From positions 1-64,000 of the forward strand of contig MU271423.1 in the NCBI GenBank assembly GCA_021432655.1: a stretch of 64,000 bases of DNA, given 5' to 3'. Positions 46,362 through 59,162 of the stretch are shown one piece after another (position 1 is the first letter of the stretch; each line of letters starts with the position of its first letter). Position numbers and translations under genes: made by a program. This DNA comes from Atractiella rhizophila. Its lineage: Eukaryota. The notes beneath the pieces are model-generated. The model did no database searches. It was given only the letters and a program-made list of their open reading frames with translations, and was not told where the DNA came from.

Positions 46362-49170
46362 TTAGCAACCTCCCCTTTGGTTCTTGATGTTGGCAGCGTT
46401 GGTCGGAATAACACCCTAACATCGCAGCTCAGACAGCTTCTTCACATGAGAAGGACCACATGCCTTCAACACCGCCTGAGAGTAACTCCAGTCCAAATCA
46501 GTTTCAGTTTTATATGTCCAGAAGGTCCATCCAATTCCTTGTTCATAGGCGTAAGCCTGGTTGCCGATGAATTGTTTGTAGAAATTTATATTTGACAAGG
46601 CGAAATCCCCATTATGATTCGGTAACGCAAGAGAGAACTCCCCAACGAAAACGGGCTCTGGATTCTGGTAGAACAGGTTAGCAAGGTCGAGTAAAGGGAG
46701 ACTTACTTCTTTGACGACGGAGTTCTGACAAGAATTTCTTAGCACGTCTGCAGCGCTCCTGACCACAGAAGTGGTGAGCATTTCTCCTTCGGACATTTCA
46801 ACACTGACCCTTGTTCACTGTAAGCGAAGTATCCTATCACCCATGATGGAGTCAAGTACTGCTCGTAGTCAAGGGAATACATACTGTGTGAGTCGTACAT
46901 GATATGGTTGTAGTTGGGCAGATATGTAGAGGGATCACCACTCTGCCAATCAGCGCTCATGAAGCTATACCGGTATTGAGGCAAAAATCGTGTATGGCAG
47001 TAATGAGACCTACGCGATGTTCAAGCAGTCTGTGTAGGCAGCGCGCTTGTCTATATTCTTGACAAGACTGCGTTTGTAAGGAGCTGCAACCGTAGTGAGA
47101 TTTATACATGACTTGAAGAAAGGATATACTCCCAATGGCGGAACATGTGCGACCGAGTTCTTGCTCCCTCGATCGAACAGTGTTAACGAAAGCTACCAGG
47201 TGTCACCTTAACCGACCACTGCAACAAAATGAACGCACTTGGGTAGTAGCTGGAGATCAACGCTTTGCATGTCAATTAGAGTAGGTCTTGTTGGGGAGAG
47301 ATGCCTACGAACCATTGATAGAGTTGGCAGGAGCACCTTGCTATCTCTGGTTATGAGCATCTGCACAATTTTGACTGAGACACTCACATCAAGTCTCCAA
47401 GGCTCGTTGAGCGCTTCGATCGAGAAAACAGAAGCGAAATCGGGGTCTTGGACCGTTGCAGTAGTAATGTTCCATGCAAACAGCTTGGCTCTCCCAAAAT
47501 TGTCCCTGGATATAGGCATGCAGATTAGCTTCCTGGGCAAGTCTCAAACCGGGAAGAAAGGTGAAGTGGACGTTATTTGGACGACGTATAAAATCCCGTT
47601 AAATCGGCAGCTCGCTGGCGCGGTTGTGGTATGCAGAGAAGAAAGGCTCACTGATTATAGAATTGGACACCACTGGCGGGTACACTGTGTCCAGAAAATT
47701 GCTGTATTGCACATCAGATAAACTAGGTCAGCAAAGCATAGACCGACCTGGTTAGGGGTCGAAACACCTGGGGCAGCGTGCAAATCGATGATGGCGTAGC
47801 TTGACAGGAATGTTCAGTCTATAATGTCAACGGGCATAGCAGCGAAGGGCTCACATGCCAATGTCTGCGCACCATCTTAACAATCTCTTGAGGTAGAAAT
47901 ATCCACCTCGCGCATAGGGGTCACTGGAAGCGCGAGCTCCATCCACGATCCAGTAGCCTACACTCACGATTCTCCCGTAATTAGAGACACCTAACCTGCA
48001 AACGGGGCAGCGTACCAACAGGGATGCGGACGGTGTTGAGACCCCAGTTCTTAATCTGTTGGATATCAGCTTGTGTAATCTGTTCCGCATCGTGAGTGGT
48101 TTGAAACCTGCAAGAGGCAACAGGTGCAAACCCAAGTGTCCCAGTGCGATATAAAACCAGCCTGAGCATTATTTTGCGTCATACATTGCCATTCGTCGTT
48201 CGTCCCCCCACATCCCTGACCAACTCACTTCAGTTCAGTCGCACTAAGGCGGAATGGAATACCATTCGAGACCATTCTGCTGGCATCATCCTATTCAACA
48301 TTTAGCTCAGCGTACGGCTTTGGTAGGAAAGAGCTAACCAGGGTTCAACTAGGAGCCATCCACCACTATTTGGGTCAGTCTGGATCAGGCGCAAGCAGGG
48401 GCAGGCTCACAGATTTACACCTCTTATCTTGTCGAAAGGCAAATTGACTACCCCATTATAAGCAATCTACCAAGTGCAAGACAAAAGGCCAAATTACCAT
48501 TCGACCATGGACCAGCATTATTACTGTTTCTTACCTCAACACTCCACTTCCCGTTGGACGCTTTGCACTGTCCTCCTGACTGGCCGGCGCAAGTGTTCGC
48601 GATGTATTGTACCAACCACGCAAAGTCGCTCGTACCTTGGGAACCTCCACATCAGAACATTTGGAAGGAAGAGAGGAAAAGTTACAGTAAGTGGTCGAAT
48701 CGGTAGCCGTATTCCTGAAAGTGGCCTTGCAACTATATTCATCCATGGAAGTTACAGCACCGGCTGCCGTCGTGAGTGTGCTCCCATCTATTATGTGTGA
48801 TTCATCAAAAGATGTTTGAAAGTGGAGGAACAACAATGCTTGCAGACTCCGCTAGTGAGGTGTCCATGGAGGTTCTGTCCCTTCATTCAATTCAAGTGAC
48901 ATGCCAGAGTAGGGAACGCACATCTGTACAGTGAGGAGTGTATGGGCCGCCTCCGATCCACTGCTCAGGGAGATGATATGAGCTTCAGGGGCATAACTTA
49001 CCACTGCCTCCGTTACAAGTGGTAATACCTGCATCGGGAAGCGAACGCTGGCATGAGCAAATCAATTTCAGTGATGAAGATGAAAGCTTACATTGATTCC
49101 CACACTCGTTCGTTACAGCTTCGGCTCGAAGCACCAGGAGCGACGAAATGATGGATAACAGGGTGATCAT
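46362..49170 (-). CDS. Secreted glycoside hydrolase family 5 (beta-glucanase type) with extra N-terminal region
   Basis: KIRGVNLGGWLLVEPWM, GLNTVRIPVGYW, IDLHAAPG, acid/base IEALNEP, YDSH, nucleophile FVGEFS, GWTFWTYK. Confidence 0.93.
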
Positions 49171-49246
49171 GATTCAGTCGGACTGCAAAAGGAGGCGAGA
49201 CAAGGAAGACGAGAGCGCCTAGAATATTCATCGAAGGGCTTCCTAG

Positions 49247-49253
49247 TTTATAT
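49247..49253 (-). promoter_or_regulatory. TATA-like box upstream of GH5
   Basis: ATATAAA on the minus strand about 77 nt before the ATG. Confidence 0.5.
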
Positions 49254-50043
49254 GCTGTGATGAGCTGGAAGGAAACTTAACACCTATCCCACGATTCTCA
49301 CCGACTAAACGCATGTTCAAGCAGGAAGTCCTCCATACAGGCACACGGTCACGCGTCAACGCGTCAGCCCTCTCTCCCCGCTTAACCGACTCTGCCAAAG
49401 TGTACCAAGAGCTTTTACTTATTGGCGCATCCTCTGTGGTTTCTTTTCTTGTATGTCTCGCAGAACCGTGTCATCACTGTTCCTTACTTGAACCCTTCGA
49501 GTAAGCACGCTGGATCTTCATCACCTGAATCGAGCAGCAGTTCAGTGTCTCCCCATCAGCAACGCGAGGAGGATTGCGGAGGACTCCGCTCAGGCGTGGA
49601 CTGAGTGGAGGGAACTGAATTGTTAATCTCCAGCTAGTAGATATCGATAGATTGATGAGGTTGGAGAAGTGGCCAAACAGATTGCACTTTGCCGCATCAA
49701 TGACTAGGGCCATTCCATCTAGTCCAGGCAGCGTGATATGAAGGGTGTCCAGCGGAGACCGCCGTGCTCCATTATAACCTGTGACCCCCTCTGCACATGC
49801 AAACACTCGTGGGACCACCTACACCAGGCGGGACATCCGGTGAAGCTGATGCCTTCGCTTATTGCGAGGATGGATGGCGACCCTTAGAACTTTGTCCATC
49901 TGGAATATTAATGCTGGAATCCCGAGGCTGGAAAGAATTTTCCACTTCGTTTGGTTGATGATAAATGGAATTTCATCCGTCACACTACAAATCATATGAA
50001 CTCCTTCGAGGAGGGTATACATTACATTGCTGAGTTGACATAA

Positions 50044-51100
50044 TCAAGAACAAGTTCCTTGAGGAGGCCCTTGCTTGCCCGTTGCGGCATCTCGCGTGAC
50101 ATCAAGTCCAGGATTGGGATAGTCGACATCTGCCTTTCATCAATATTTGCGCGAGCGAAAAAAAGAAGAAAAGGCGTACCTGTTCCCTCTGGGATTGTGC
50201 AGGTCACTGGCGAACCAATTTGAGCCACCAAAGGAGAGGGATAATCGTCTAGAGTGCTGGAACCGCTACCAGTGATCGTGATAGGGGCGCAAGTGTTGTC
50301 TTCGATTCCATCGGCATCAGCCAATGGTTCACAAATGGAAAAGTAGGCATGGTGGGGGGTTGGGGGGACGAACACATTTCTCGGTTCCCAATCTCATTGT
50401 TCCAGGTCCACGATAGAATCGCATCTCCCGTCTTGGCATTTGACGGGATAGTGAAGTCGTAAGTTTGATTGGGGTCAGTGGCTGGAGAAAATAGGTGAGG
50501 CAAAATCGCGAAGATGGGAGAGATAGTCGTACATCCTCCGATGACGCGCACGCAGTTGCCAATGTAGCTCTTGATCACCTACACGGGCGGTTAGCATTTA
50601 CCGGACGTGGGAGAATTATAGCCATACACGGAATGTGGAGCCCCCGTCGAAGGAGAGGGAGATCTGGCAAGAACCACCGTTATGAGAGGCGCTACCTCGA
50701 AGGGTTAGGCTGGAGGCTTCTCCACTACACAAGAACGTTGATTTTAATCCGGGGTACTGCAAAATGAGGGGAACTCTCACGCGGCAAAAGTGGCAGTTGG
50801 GGTACCAGCAGCAGTTCCAAAGTCGACTTGGTGGCCACGGCTGCAATCATAATGAGCGAGAAGATATAAAGAAAACTGAAAGCAGACCATGGATAATTGC
50901 TCCCATCAGCAGCTGTGGTCTCCGTTAGTGTGGTCGAAGGGGAGAAAAAAGAACATACCCAAAGGATTGATGAGATCATAGTCTTTGGTGGTGGCATATG
51001 GATTGTCTGGAGCACGAAAAGGTTTCGGCTCTTGAATTGCCATGTGTGCATCTGCAACGAGAGCGATGGCGAGAACGGAGAAGGCGGCGCGCTGGAACAT
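50044..51100 (-). CDS. Lytic polysaccharide monooxygenase, AA11-like
   Basis: Signal peptide ends immediately before His1 (ADA|HMAI); SHNGGSCQISL, KSYIGNC, SWTWNNEIGNREMYNTCA and DYPNPG. Confidence 0.9.
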
Positions 51101-52677
51101 GATGAGAAATGGAACTGAGAGAGAAAGCGGGCGTTGGAAGAGAGCAAGAAAGCGCTGGGAGAGGGAGAAATGCCTTTGCGACTTTTATGCGCTCGTCTTG
51201 GTATTCACCCCACGCTCCGTTGCACTGTGATCTACCGCTGGACTCTTCGTTCCCATGCACAGAGGGTGAATTGTGACGGGTCCAATAACGGTGTACAACC
51301 CAGGCCAGGGACAACTGATAACTGTTGCATCGAGTCCTCCTCCTTCCACATCGGAGGTGAAGGACATTGTTCGCGACAGGTTGTGAGGGACATCCCTCGT
51401 CTCGGACACATGGCTCTACCGCTTCCCTCCACTTGAGATCGTCGACTGGGCAGTTATACCTCATGTGCCTTTACATGTCGTTGCAATATAGTCTCGACAT
51501 TTGGATAATCGAGGGTCTTAGCGACGTCACTTATCGCCCCTCATACATATCTCCCTCCACTCCGCGCAACGATAGGAACAGAGGTGAACTTGGAACCCCC
51601 CATTCCAACGCCAGCTCACATCGCGTCGTGTGGAGAAATACAAGTGTAACGGGTTGAAGGACTAGCGCGTCAGGTCGCGTGATGTTTAATTGCCGCAGGA
51701 TTCAGCACTCAAGTAGAAGGTAACGTCCATAGAGTGATGGGGTAAGTCGAGTCCATTAAAGGCTAGAACTACGGCGTTACTTGAAGTATTCGATGCGCCA
51801 ACATTCGCAAGTTTTCTTTGAAGCTTAGACAAGCACAGATGGAGTAAGGTAAACGTGTCGGAGTTCATTGTAGGCACTTCCAATCTCTGAATCCAATCTT
51901 GAATGAAAGTTTTCGATAGGACCATTATCCGTGATGAGTTCTCCTCCCATCTGTGTGGCAATTTGTGCGAGAAGAGAGTGAAACAATGTTTTAAAACCCA
52001 ACGCAGAGCTGTGATGTAGCTAAAACGCTATGACAAACAGATTATATATCGACTCCAAAGTGTCGGACGTTTTTTGAGCAAATACAGTCACTTTAACAAG
52101 AACGACATCATTTTAAATTTCTATGTAGTGGCGCTTTTCGCGAACCTAGTCATCAAAGGGCACTCATGGTCTATTTGAAAAGTGCATGATGCTGCTAAAT
52201 GTAACAAAATGCAATAGAGCGTAAATATGAAAAAAAGCGTGCATATAGAAGGATAGCGTAAGTGTTTGCAGGATGGTGGGTCAACAATCTTCATGCCGAA
52301 TGACATGTAACAGGCCTACTTCTGTGAAAGTTTCCATCAGAATTGCAATAAGAGACACAAACGACAGGTGAATCATTGATTTCCCTCCTTTACAAAATGA
52401 AAACTTGAGAAGCTTAGAGCGCACCTGAAGAGCAATCCATCTCAAATTCCACGCTAACCCATTCTAGATCATCTCCTCTGCTGGTATGTGTCATTAATCA
52501 GCTCGCTTCCATATGGAATAGCTCCAATTCCATCGAGACTAGCTCTTTTCGTCGCTCTCTCTCGAAAAGATCTGCAGCTGGAACTAGAGGGGGACCAGAA
52601 CACTACGCCATTTCGTCACAGCAAACCGACGAACGACTCCCCTCCAGCAGAACGGCCAACAGCCAGTTGCGAGCAAG

Positions 52678-55600
52678 ATGGACTTGTTGATGGACGCGTT
52701 CGACTACGATGACGGCGAGGATAAACCCTTGCCGGGCAGCCCACCGGACCAACTGAGTATGTCCCATCCCATCCTTGCCTGTCTTGCGGTTTCTTTATGG
52801 CGTCGAAAGCCGCGTTATGGAAGGTGTAGCTGACGTTAGTCTGCACAGACAAAATGTCGAAATACTGGTTCCAAACTCAACTCGTTCTTTCCCTCTCCAT
52901 CGGTATTGTCTCATTCTTGAGCTTCTGCGTTATGAGGAGGAGGTGGAAGATATTGTATGCCCCGAGGACACTGTTGAAAGGCAAGTTCTTTCGCTATAGT
53001 AGCAGTGGACGCAGAAGGAGGTGATATTTCCCAATTGGCACTTCTGTGTCGACGAGTTGCGCGCTGCTCCAGCTCATTCGCACTGTACAACTTGTGTCTG
53101 GCAGCTTATCTGCATTAGGATGTTGAAGCTTGTTCTCTAGCGAATCTGGAACTGATTTAAAGACGTATCACGAGTCTTGTTGTTATCAAGATAGAGGCTT
53201 AGCCTAGGTAGCAGAACAGATGGCCTCCTCCATTACCATTCGAAACAGAGATGCATGTGCCCTGGCAAGATAGAGACAGCATCATGCCCACACTTGCCAC
53301 TGATGTTTTCGGTGGTACCGGAAGCCCTCCATAAGCTCTGCCATTAAGAAAGAGCACATTCAGACAGGCTCTTCTGCTCACTTGAAATTCAGACAATGCT
53401 TTCAGGCCTGGTATAAATATCTTGAGTGCTGCGCCATACTTAGATTTCGTGTCATCCCCCTGGCCGATGATCCCAATTCAATTCATCTGCTCCTAGTCAT
53501 TTATCATGAATGCTATCGGCTAACCCCTTGTGGACTGCATTTAGGATTTTCCCCTCATGAAGTACATGATCACCCCTCCTTCCTAGGATGGATACTTCCC
53601 ACGCTCCGCACCAGCGAATTCACCGTCCTCCAGATCGTTGGCCTTGATGCAGTTGTTGTAAGCATTGTGGCAATTCTTTGAGCATACCGACTTAACCAGT
53701 TGAGCCAGCTCCTGAACTTTCTGAAAATGGGCTTCTACTACTTCCTCACTGCCTCCGTCATCACCGCCGCGATTCTGGTACCCATCAACTATAGGGAAAA
53801 CGGGACGTCAGAAGGAGCGCCTCGTACCGATCCACCATCCAACACCAGCAGCCCCACCAACGTCACCTCCCTGCCGTTTGAAATCCAGTTGTTAGACCGA
53901 CCTGCACGGAGGCTCCATTCTACCTCTCTCTATGCCGCCTCTCATCTGCTCTTCACCTACTTCCTCAGCATCCTCCTTCTCCTCTTCCTCTCTCGATATT
54001 ACGCCCGGTTCATAACAACTCGCCAGCTCTTCACGCTCGAACATTCTCACAGCGTCCCAGCACGGACCGTCTTTGTCCAGAACATCCCTATTGGCTTACG
54101 AGCGGAACGAGCGCTTGCAGAATACTTTGAAGCGCTCGGTGGCGCGGATGAGGAGCATGAAGGCAACATGAGGGTTGAGAGCGTATCGGTTGGGAGGGAG
54201 GTGGGAGGATTGAAGGAGCTGTTAGACAAGCGCACGCACGCGCTCAGAGAGCTCGAAAGCGCTTGGACCAAGTACCTAGGGAACCCTGTGGACCGTAAAA
54301 TTGAAGGATGGAACCCGCTCTCCGAGGCAGAGAAGATAGTCGATCCGTCCAAAGCCCTCCCTCCTCGCCTAGTAGAAACGGAGGATGAAGAGTCGCGCTT
54401 GCTTGAGGATGTCCAGAGCTTTACACCACCTGGGAAAGAGCGGCCGAGGCATAGGTCTACCTGGTGGAATCCGTTCTCGAGAAAGGTGGACACTCTGAAC
54501 GTATTGGCGGAAAGGTTTAGGGAGGCTGATGAGATGGTGAGGAGGAGGAGGAAAGGAAGGTTTAAGCCCACAGAAGTGGGGTTTGTGACTTTCGAAAATG
54601 CTGGGGCAGCGGTATGTAGTCTTTGTTTGGGTTGAAAATGGGGGAAACTGACAATGATGGGATAGCAAACGGCGGCTCAAGTTGTCCATTATCGTTCGTC
54701 ATCCCGCTTGGCACAGACACTCGATTAACTGATCCTTTGTAGCTGTCCCTGATAAAATGCTCACCTCACTCGGTAGGTCGTCTCATCCGCTCTTGTTGAT
54801 GGTAGGATTTGTCTGACGACTAGGAAGCACCGGAACCTAGAGACGTGAACTGGTCAAATCTCTCCCTCTCATCCTCTTCTCAAAAGGCACGACGATTTTC
54901 TGCCGTTATACTATATCTATTCCTCCTCTGCTTTTGGTTCGTCCCTATGTTCCTTTACAAGCCAGAATGAGGTGATAACTGTGGTATAGGTCAATCCCGG
55001 TCTTCTTCCTGGCAAGCTTTCTCAGTTACGATAACATCCAGAAGGTCTGGCCACAGCTTGCCGAGTGGCTTGACCGCTGGCCCACCCTTCAGGCTCTAGT
55101 GCAAAACTCCTTACCCACCTTGGGCATGGTATCGTTCAACGCTCTCCTGCCTCTGATCCTTGATTGTATGCTTTTCTCAACGCATTGGCTGTCGCTGACC
55201 ACAAGTTTTGCAGGGATGTCGGATTTCCAAGGCCTGCAGGCGTACTCTTGGATCGAATACTCCCTACTGAACAAATATTTTATTTCCCTCCTCTTCAATT
55301 ACATCGCAATCTTCATGGCTGTTTCTGTCATCAACCTCATTCAAGATTTGGCGGACAGCCCGATGAGCTTCCTCGATAAATTGGCCACTGCATTACCGAG
55401 GGCTAGGAACTTCTTTGTTTCCTTCGTCATGCTCCAGTCAATGGCCATCATTCCGTTGCAGCTGTTGCAGTTGAACATCATCTTTCCAAGATTGATTTCG
55501 AGGATTTTTTCCACCCGCACTCCAAGAGGTGAGCTACCAACTTGATTCACCGGGAGATCTCTCAACAGGAATCCAAATAGATCATGGAGAACTCAATATA

Positions 55601-56876
55601 CCCCCCAGTTTGAATCTCGGAGTCGTCTATCCACAGAGCATTTTAGTCATGGTCGTCTGTCTCCTCTACTCCATTATGTCGCCTATTATCCTCTTCTTCG
55701 GCACGCTGTACTTCGGAATGGCATATCTCGTCTATAAGTATAAACTGCTGTTCAGTGAGTCTTCGTCACAGATACCCAATCCAGGTCTGATGGCAGAACA
55801 GTCTACTACAAGCCGTACGAATCTAGAGGACAAGCCTGGCCATTGGCCTATGGCAGAACAGTTTGGGGAATCCTCATTTTCCAGGTTTTCATGACCTCCC
55901 TTTTTGTCGTTCAAAAAGAGCTCGTTCTCGTCGCTCTCATGGTTCCCCTCATTGTCGGAACCATACTTTCTGCTCTTCGAATTGACAGGAAATACCACAA
56001 GCTAGCAGACTATACCAACCTCTCGCAATGCACGGAAGCACTCAAGGGGAACACAAGCGATGTTGTCAAGCTCAAGAGAGGTCATCCTGTAACGAGCTCG
56101 CAAAGTCATCTGGAAAGAGGAAGGTATGGACATACGGATGATGCGATGTACATTGTTGCAAAGGTACATTTTCCCTTCTCTCGCGATATAACAGTAATGG
56201 TGCTTGATAAAGGATCCGCGGACGGACTTCTCCCAACCACCAATCAATGAAGGGACTCTTTCTTTCGGTCGTCGACGGTATGCGCATCCGGCACTCTTCG
56301 GTAAACCCCAGCCCTCATTCCAAAATAAAGCCCTTGTTGAATGTGGCGATAGGAACGCTTCCCACTCCATGGCTTCCAGCATACAAGCCATTACCAGGAC
56401 CTCCGAGTGAAGTAGGAATCCAAAAGCGAACTGAAGCTGCGGTCTTGAACCTACGTCGACGATGGAGTCGAGTAAAGAAGAATGTGATGGGGTCTGGACG
56501 ATCGCAACCCAATAAAGGGAAACGGAAGAGCGTTATTATACCCCCTATGCCGATTTCCCCTACACCTGAAGAGCAAGAACCAGATCCGACACGTGCATGG
56601 CGCGGCCCTGAGAGTGTACAGAGTGTACGATCCGAGGAGTCAGCTCCAACGGAGCCTGGCCCACTTTCAACCTCACCAGAGGGAAGTGAAAGTAGCAGTA
56701 GTGAGGATGAAGAGATGGCGGAGGAGTTTAGGGCATCAAGATATAGGACTTACTGGCATCACGATAAAAGGAAGAGCGCGATATTACCTGGTGGTGCCTT
56801 CAGTGAGACTGAAAGCGAAGGAGAGGGCAGCGGAGGGATCAGAGGAAATGGGAAAGGAAAACACAGTACTGTATGA
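52678..56876 (+). CDS. CSC1/OSCA/TMEM63 (DUF221; Rsn1/Phm7-like) mechanosensitive cation channel
   Basis: LYAPR, QIVGLDAVV, LVPINY, ARTVFVQNIP, GFVTFE, APEPRDVNWSNL, RTPR and YLVYKYKLLFVYYKPYESRG. Intron 2 (52981-53544) is GC-AG. Confidence 0.93.
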
Positions 56877-57540
56877 GGGAACATTGTTGTTGGTAACTCG
56901 GGATAAAGGTCAAATAATGAAGAGGTTGCTTCCAGCCTCCTATTTCGTATCGTAATCCAACACGTAGATATGAAAGATGTGAAAGACAATTCTTTTTTGC
57001 CCACTACTTCCGTCTCTTCAATCTCCTTTCCACATGTAATCTTAGAACCGATTGGCCAAGGCTATACACAGGATTCCGACGTTTTTTTGCACACTTATCT
57101 GACTAGTAGCACCTTTTGGTGATGGAGGCACAACTTAGCTCTTGGAATTGACACCGTTTCTCAAAATGGCTGTAGAACTTCGCTTTTTTGGAGCTTCTCA
57201 GAGCATTTCGCAGAGACACACCTTGAAAAATTTGAGACTTGTTATACTTGATAATTCATCCCCAACGGTAACCTACACCAAAAAATCTTGCACAATTCGG
57301 GTAAATGTTTCCGGAAACTCAAGATGAGCAACATGGCTAATAAACGTGTTTAGCATACGGTCTAACAGTTGGTTGATCAAGGAGCAGGCTGACTTACTGA
57401 GCCTTTGGGATGACCACGTATTTGACATGATTCATCATAGATCATCCACTCACTGAGGGTGGTCAACAGTCTACGCAGTTCCAGGTTATCGGCAAGATAC
57501 TTCCTTGATCCACTTCTGCAACTGACTTTTCCATGATAGG

Positions 57541-58827
57541 ATGCCTCCTAGAAAGACCCTCGCCAGATATATTGCCAAAGCCTATAATTTTTTCTGCAAC
57601 ACTTTTCCCGTTCTCCACACGGTCTCTACTCGAATATGGGAGTGCAATCCTCAACTTTCCTTTAGCCTTTGTGTCACCGGAGCGTACTATGAAGACACGG
57701 GTGACGAAACTGACTTTGTGCGCTTAACAACCGATGCACGTGAATCATGCTTACTGGAGGTCAGGTGGACAAAATTACAGAGAAGCGACCATTTATCCTT
57801 CGCGACTTTGACAGTAATCAAACCACAGAGGAAGGTCGATTCGCTGATCTTCAGGCCTTCCTTGTCTATCACTTACTTAGCTTGGCTCTTCGACAAACCT
57901 CTGCTCAAGCCGCAGTTACACAGTCTTACCATGGTATGTTCTATACCTCCCTTTATGCAGTCACCTGATGTAGATTGTGCAGGTTGTACCATTATGATGG
58001 CAAGATCTATGAAACTGGCAGAAACCGTGCGAAATCAGAAGCAGCAAGAACTCAACGAGGAGGAAGTGCCCTTTCTCAGAAACCTTCCGCCGGATGATAG
58101 TCAATTGGACGCGATGTGGCGTCGCTGGATCAAACGCGAGACCGTAAAACGGTTCGTCGATTCATTTCCCTATCTGAGCTCCCCTTATGAAGATTCCAGG
58201 GTGGCTTTTCTCGTTTGGCTCGTCGACCTTGAGTGCTCAGGACGCCTAAACTATACGTACCCGCTGATGAAGATTACGGAGATGGACGTGGACCTTCCTT
58301 TCCCCGATGCTCTTTGGACGGCACCCAATGCTCAAGCTTGGTATCCACAATACATCAGTTCTAAAAACAAAGCCGTTTCATTCCTCCTGGTTGTTCGTCT
58401 CCTCCTTAGTCAAAACACAACTGGTGACTTTGAACTGGGGAGCACGAGTCCGAAACTAAGTGAGCATGTTTCTCCGTATCATATTTGGCTGAATGGAATT
58501 GTAGCTGTCTGGGATCTCCCCGACATGTCTGGTTTCCCCGAAACCGTTCTGCTCAAGACGCTTCTCTTCATCAAAAAGCTCATAGCCAAGTGCAAGGCGC
58601 AGTCACATCCCATCCCCAAGAGCTTCATCTCTATCGGCTTGCAAGGGAATGATTTCGTTCTACTATTGGAGAAGGTCGAAAAGGCAATCTGGAGGCTCAG
58701 GAACTTGACTTCGGATCAGCGGCTCATGGAAGAGGATGAAGGAGAATGGATCAATAGAGCAAGACCAAGTTGGAAGAAGGGTAAGGTCCAAGCTCCTAAC
58801 ACACCAACTTCAGGGGAACCATTGTGA
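57541..58827 (+). CDS. Fungal transcription-factor middle-homology-like protein (no DNA-binding domain seen; ends approximate)
   Basis: FPVLH, GAYY and WRRWIKRETVKR...LVWLVD...LPFPDALWTAPNAQAW. The ORF probably includes in-frame introns. Confidence 0.6.
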   Translation: MPPRKTLARYIAKAYNFFCNTFPVLHTVSTRIWECNPQLSFSLCVTGAYYEDTGDETDFVRLTTDARESCLLEVRWTKLQRSDHLSFATLTVIKPQRKVDSLIFRPSLSITYLAWLFDKPLLKPQLHSLTMVCSIPPFMQSPDVDCAGCTIMMARSMKLAETVRNQKQQELNEEEVPFLRNLPPDDSQLDAMWRRWIKRETVKRFVDSFPYLSSPYEDSRVAFLVWLVDLECSGRLNYTYPLMKITEMDVDLPFPDALWTAPNAQAWYPQYISSKNKAVSFLLVVRLLLSQNTTGDFELGSTSPKLSEHVSPYHIWLNGIVAVWDLPDMSGFPETVLLKTLLFIKKLIAKCKAQSHPIPKSFISIGLQGNDFVLLLEKVEKAIWRLRNLTSDQRLMEEDEGEWINRARPSWKKGKVQAPNTPTSGEPL

Positions 58828-59162
58828 GTTTGCCTGAATCCCATACCAAAGCTGACAGCATGTCAGGCTTGAGTTCGCCGCAAGTTGTGGGCACTGTGAT
58901 AACTAGCCAACGATCTGTGTATTTGCTTTCACTCTTAAAACAACCGTTCGTCCATTAGTATTCCCCGTTCATAACGTTAGCATGGCCTTGTTGTTATTCC
59001 AACATGATGTGTGATTTATAGAGTCGAGAGGTGAGCATGATGGTATGAAAAGGAGATTTTACTCATGAACAAGCTGACGGATTGTGGTTCGAGGATAAAA
59101 CAATCGCATATTGCATACCATGGCGTAAAACATACGAACAGATAAAAGAGTTTTGAGGTATC

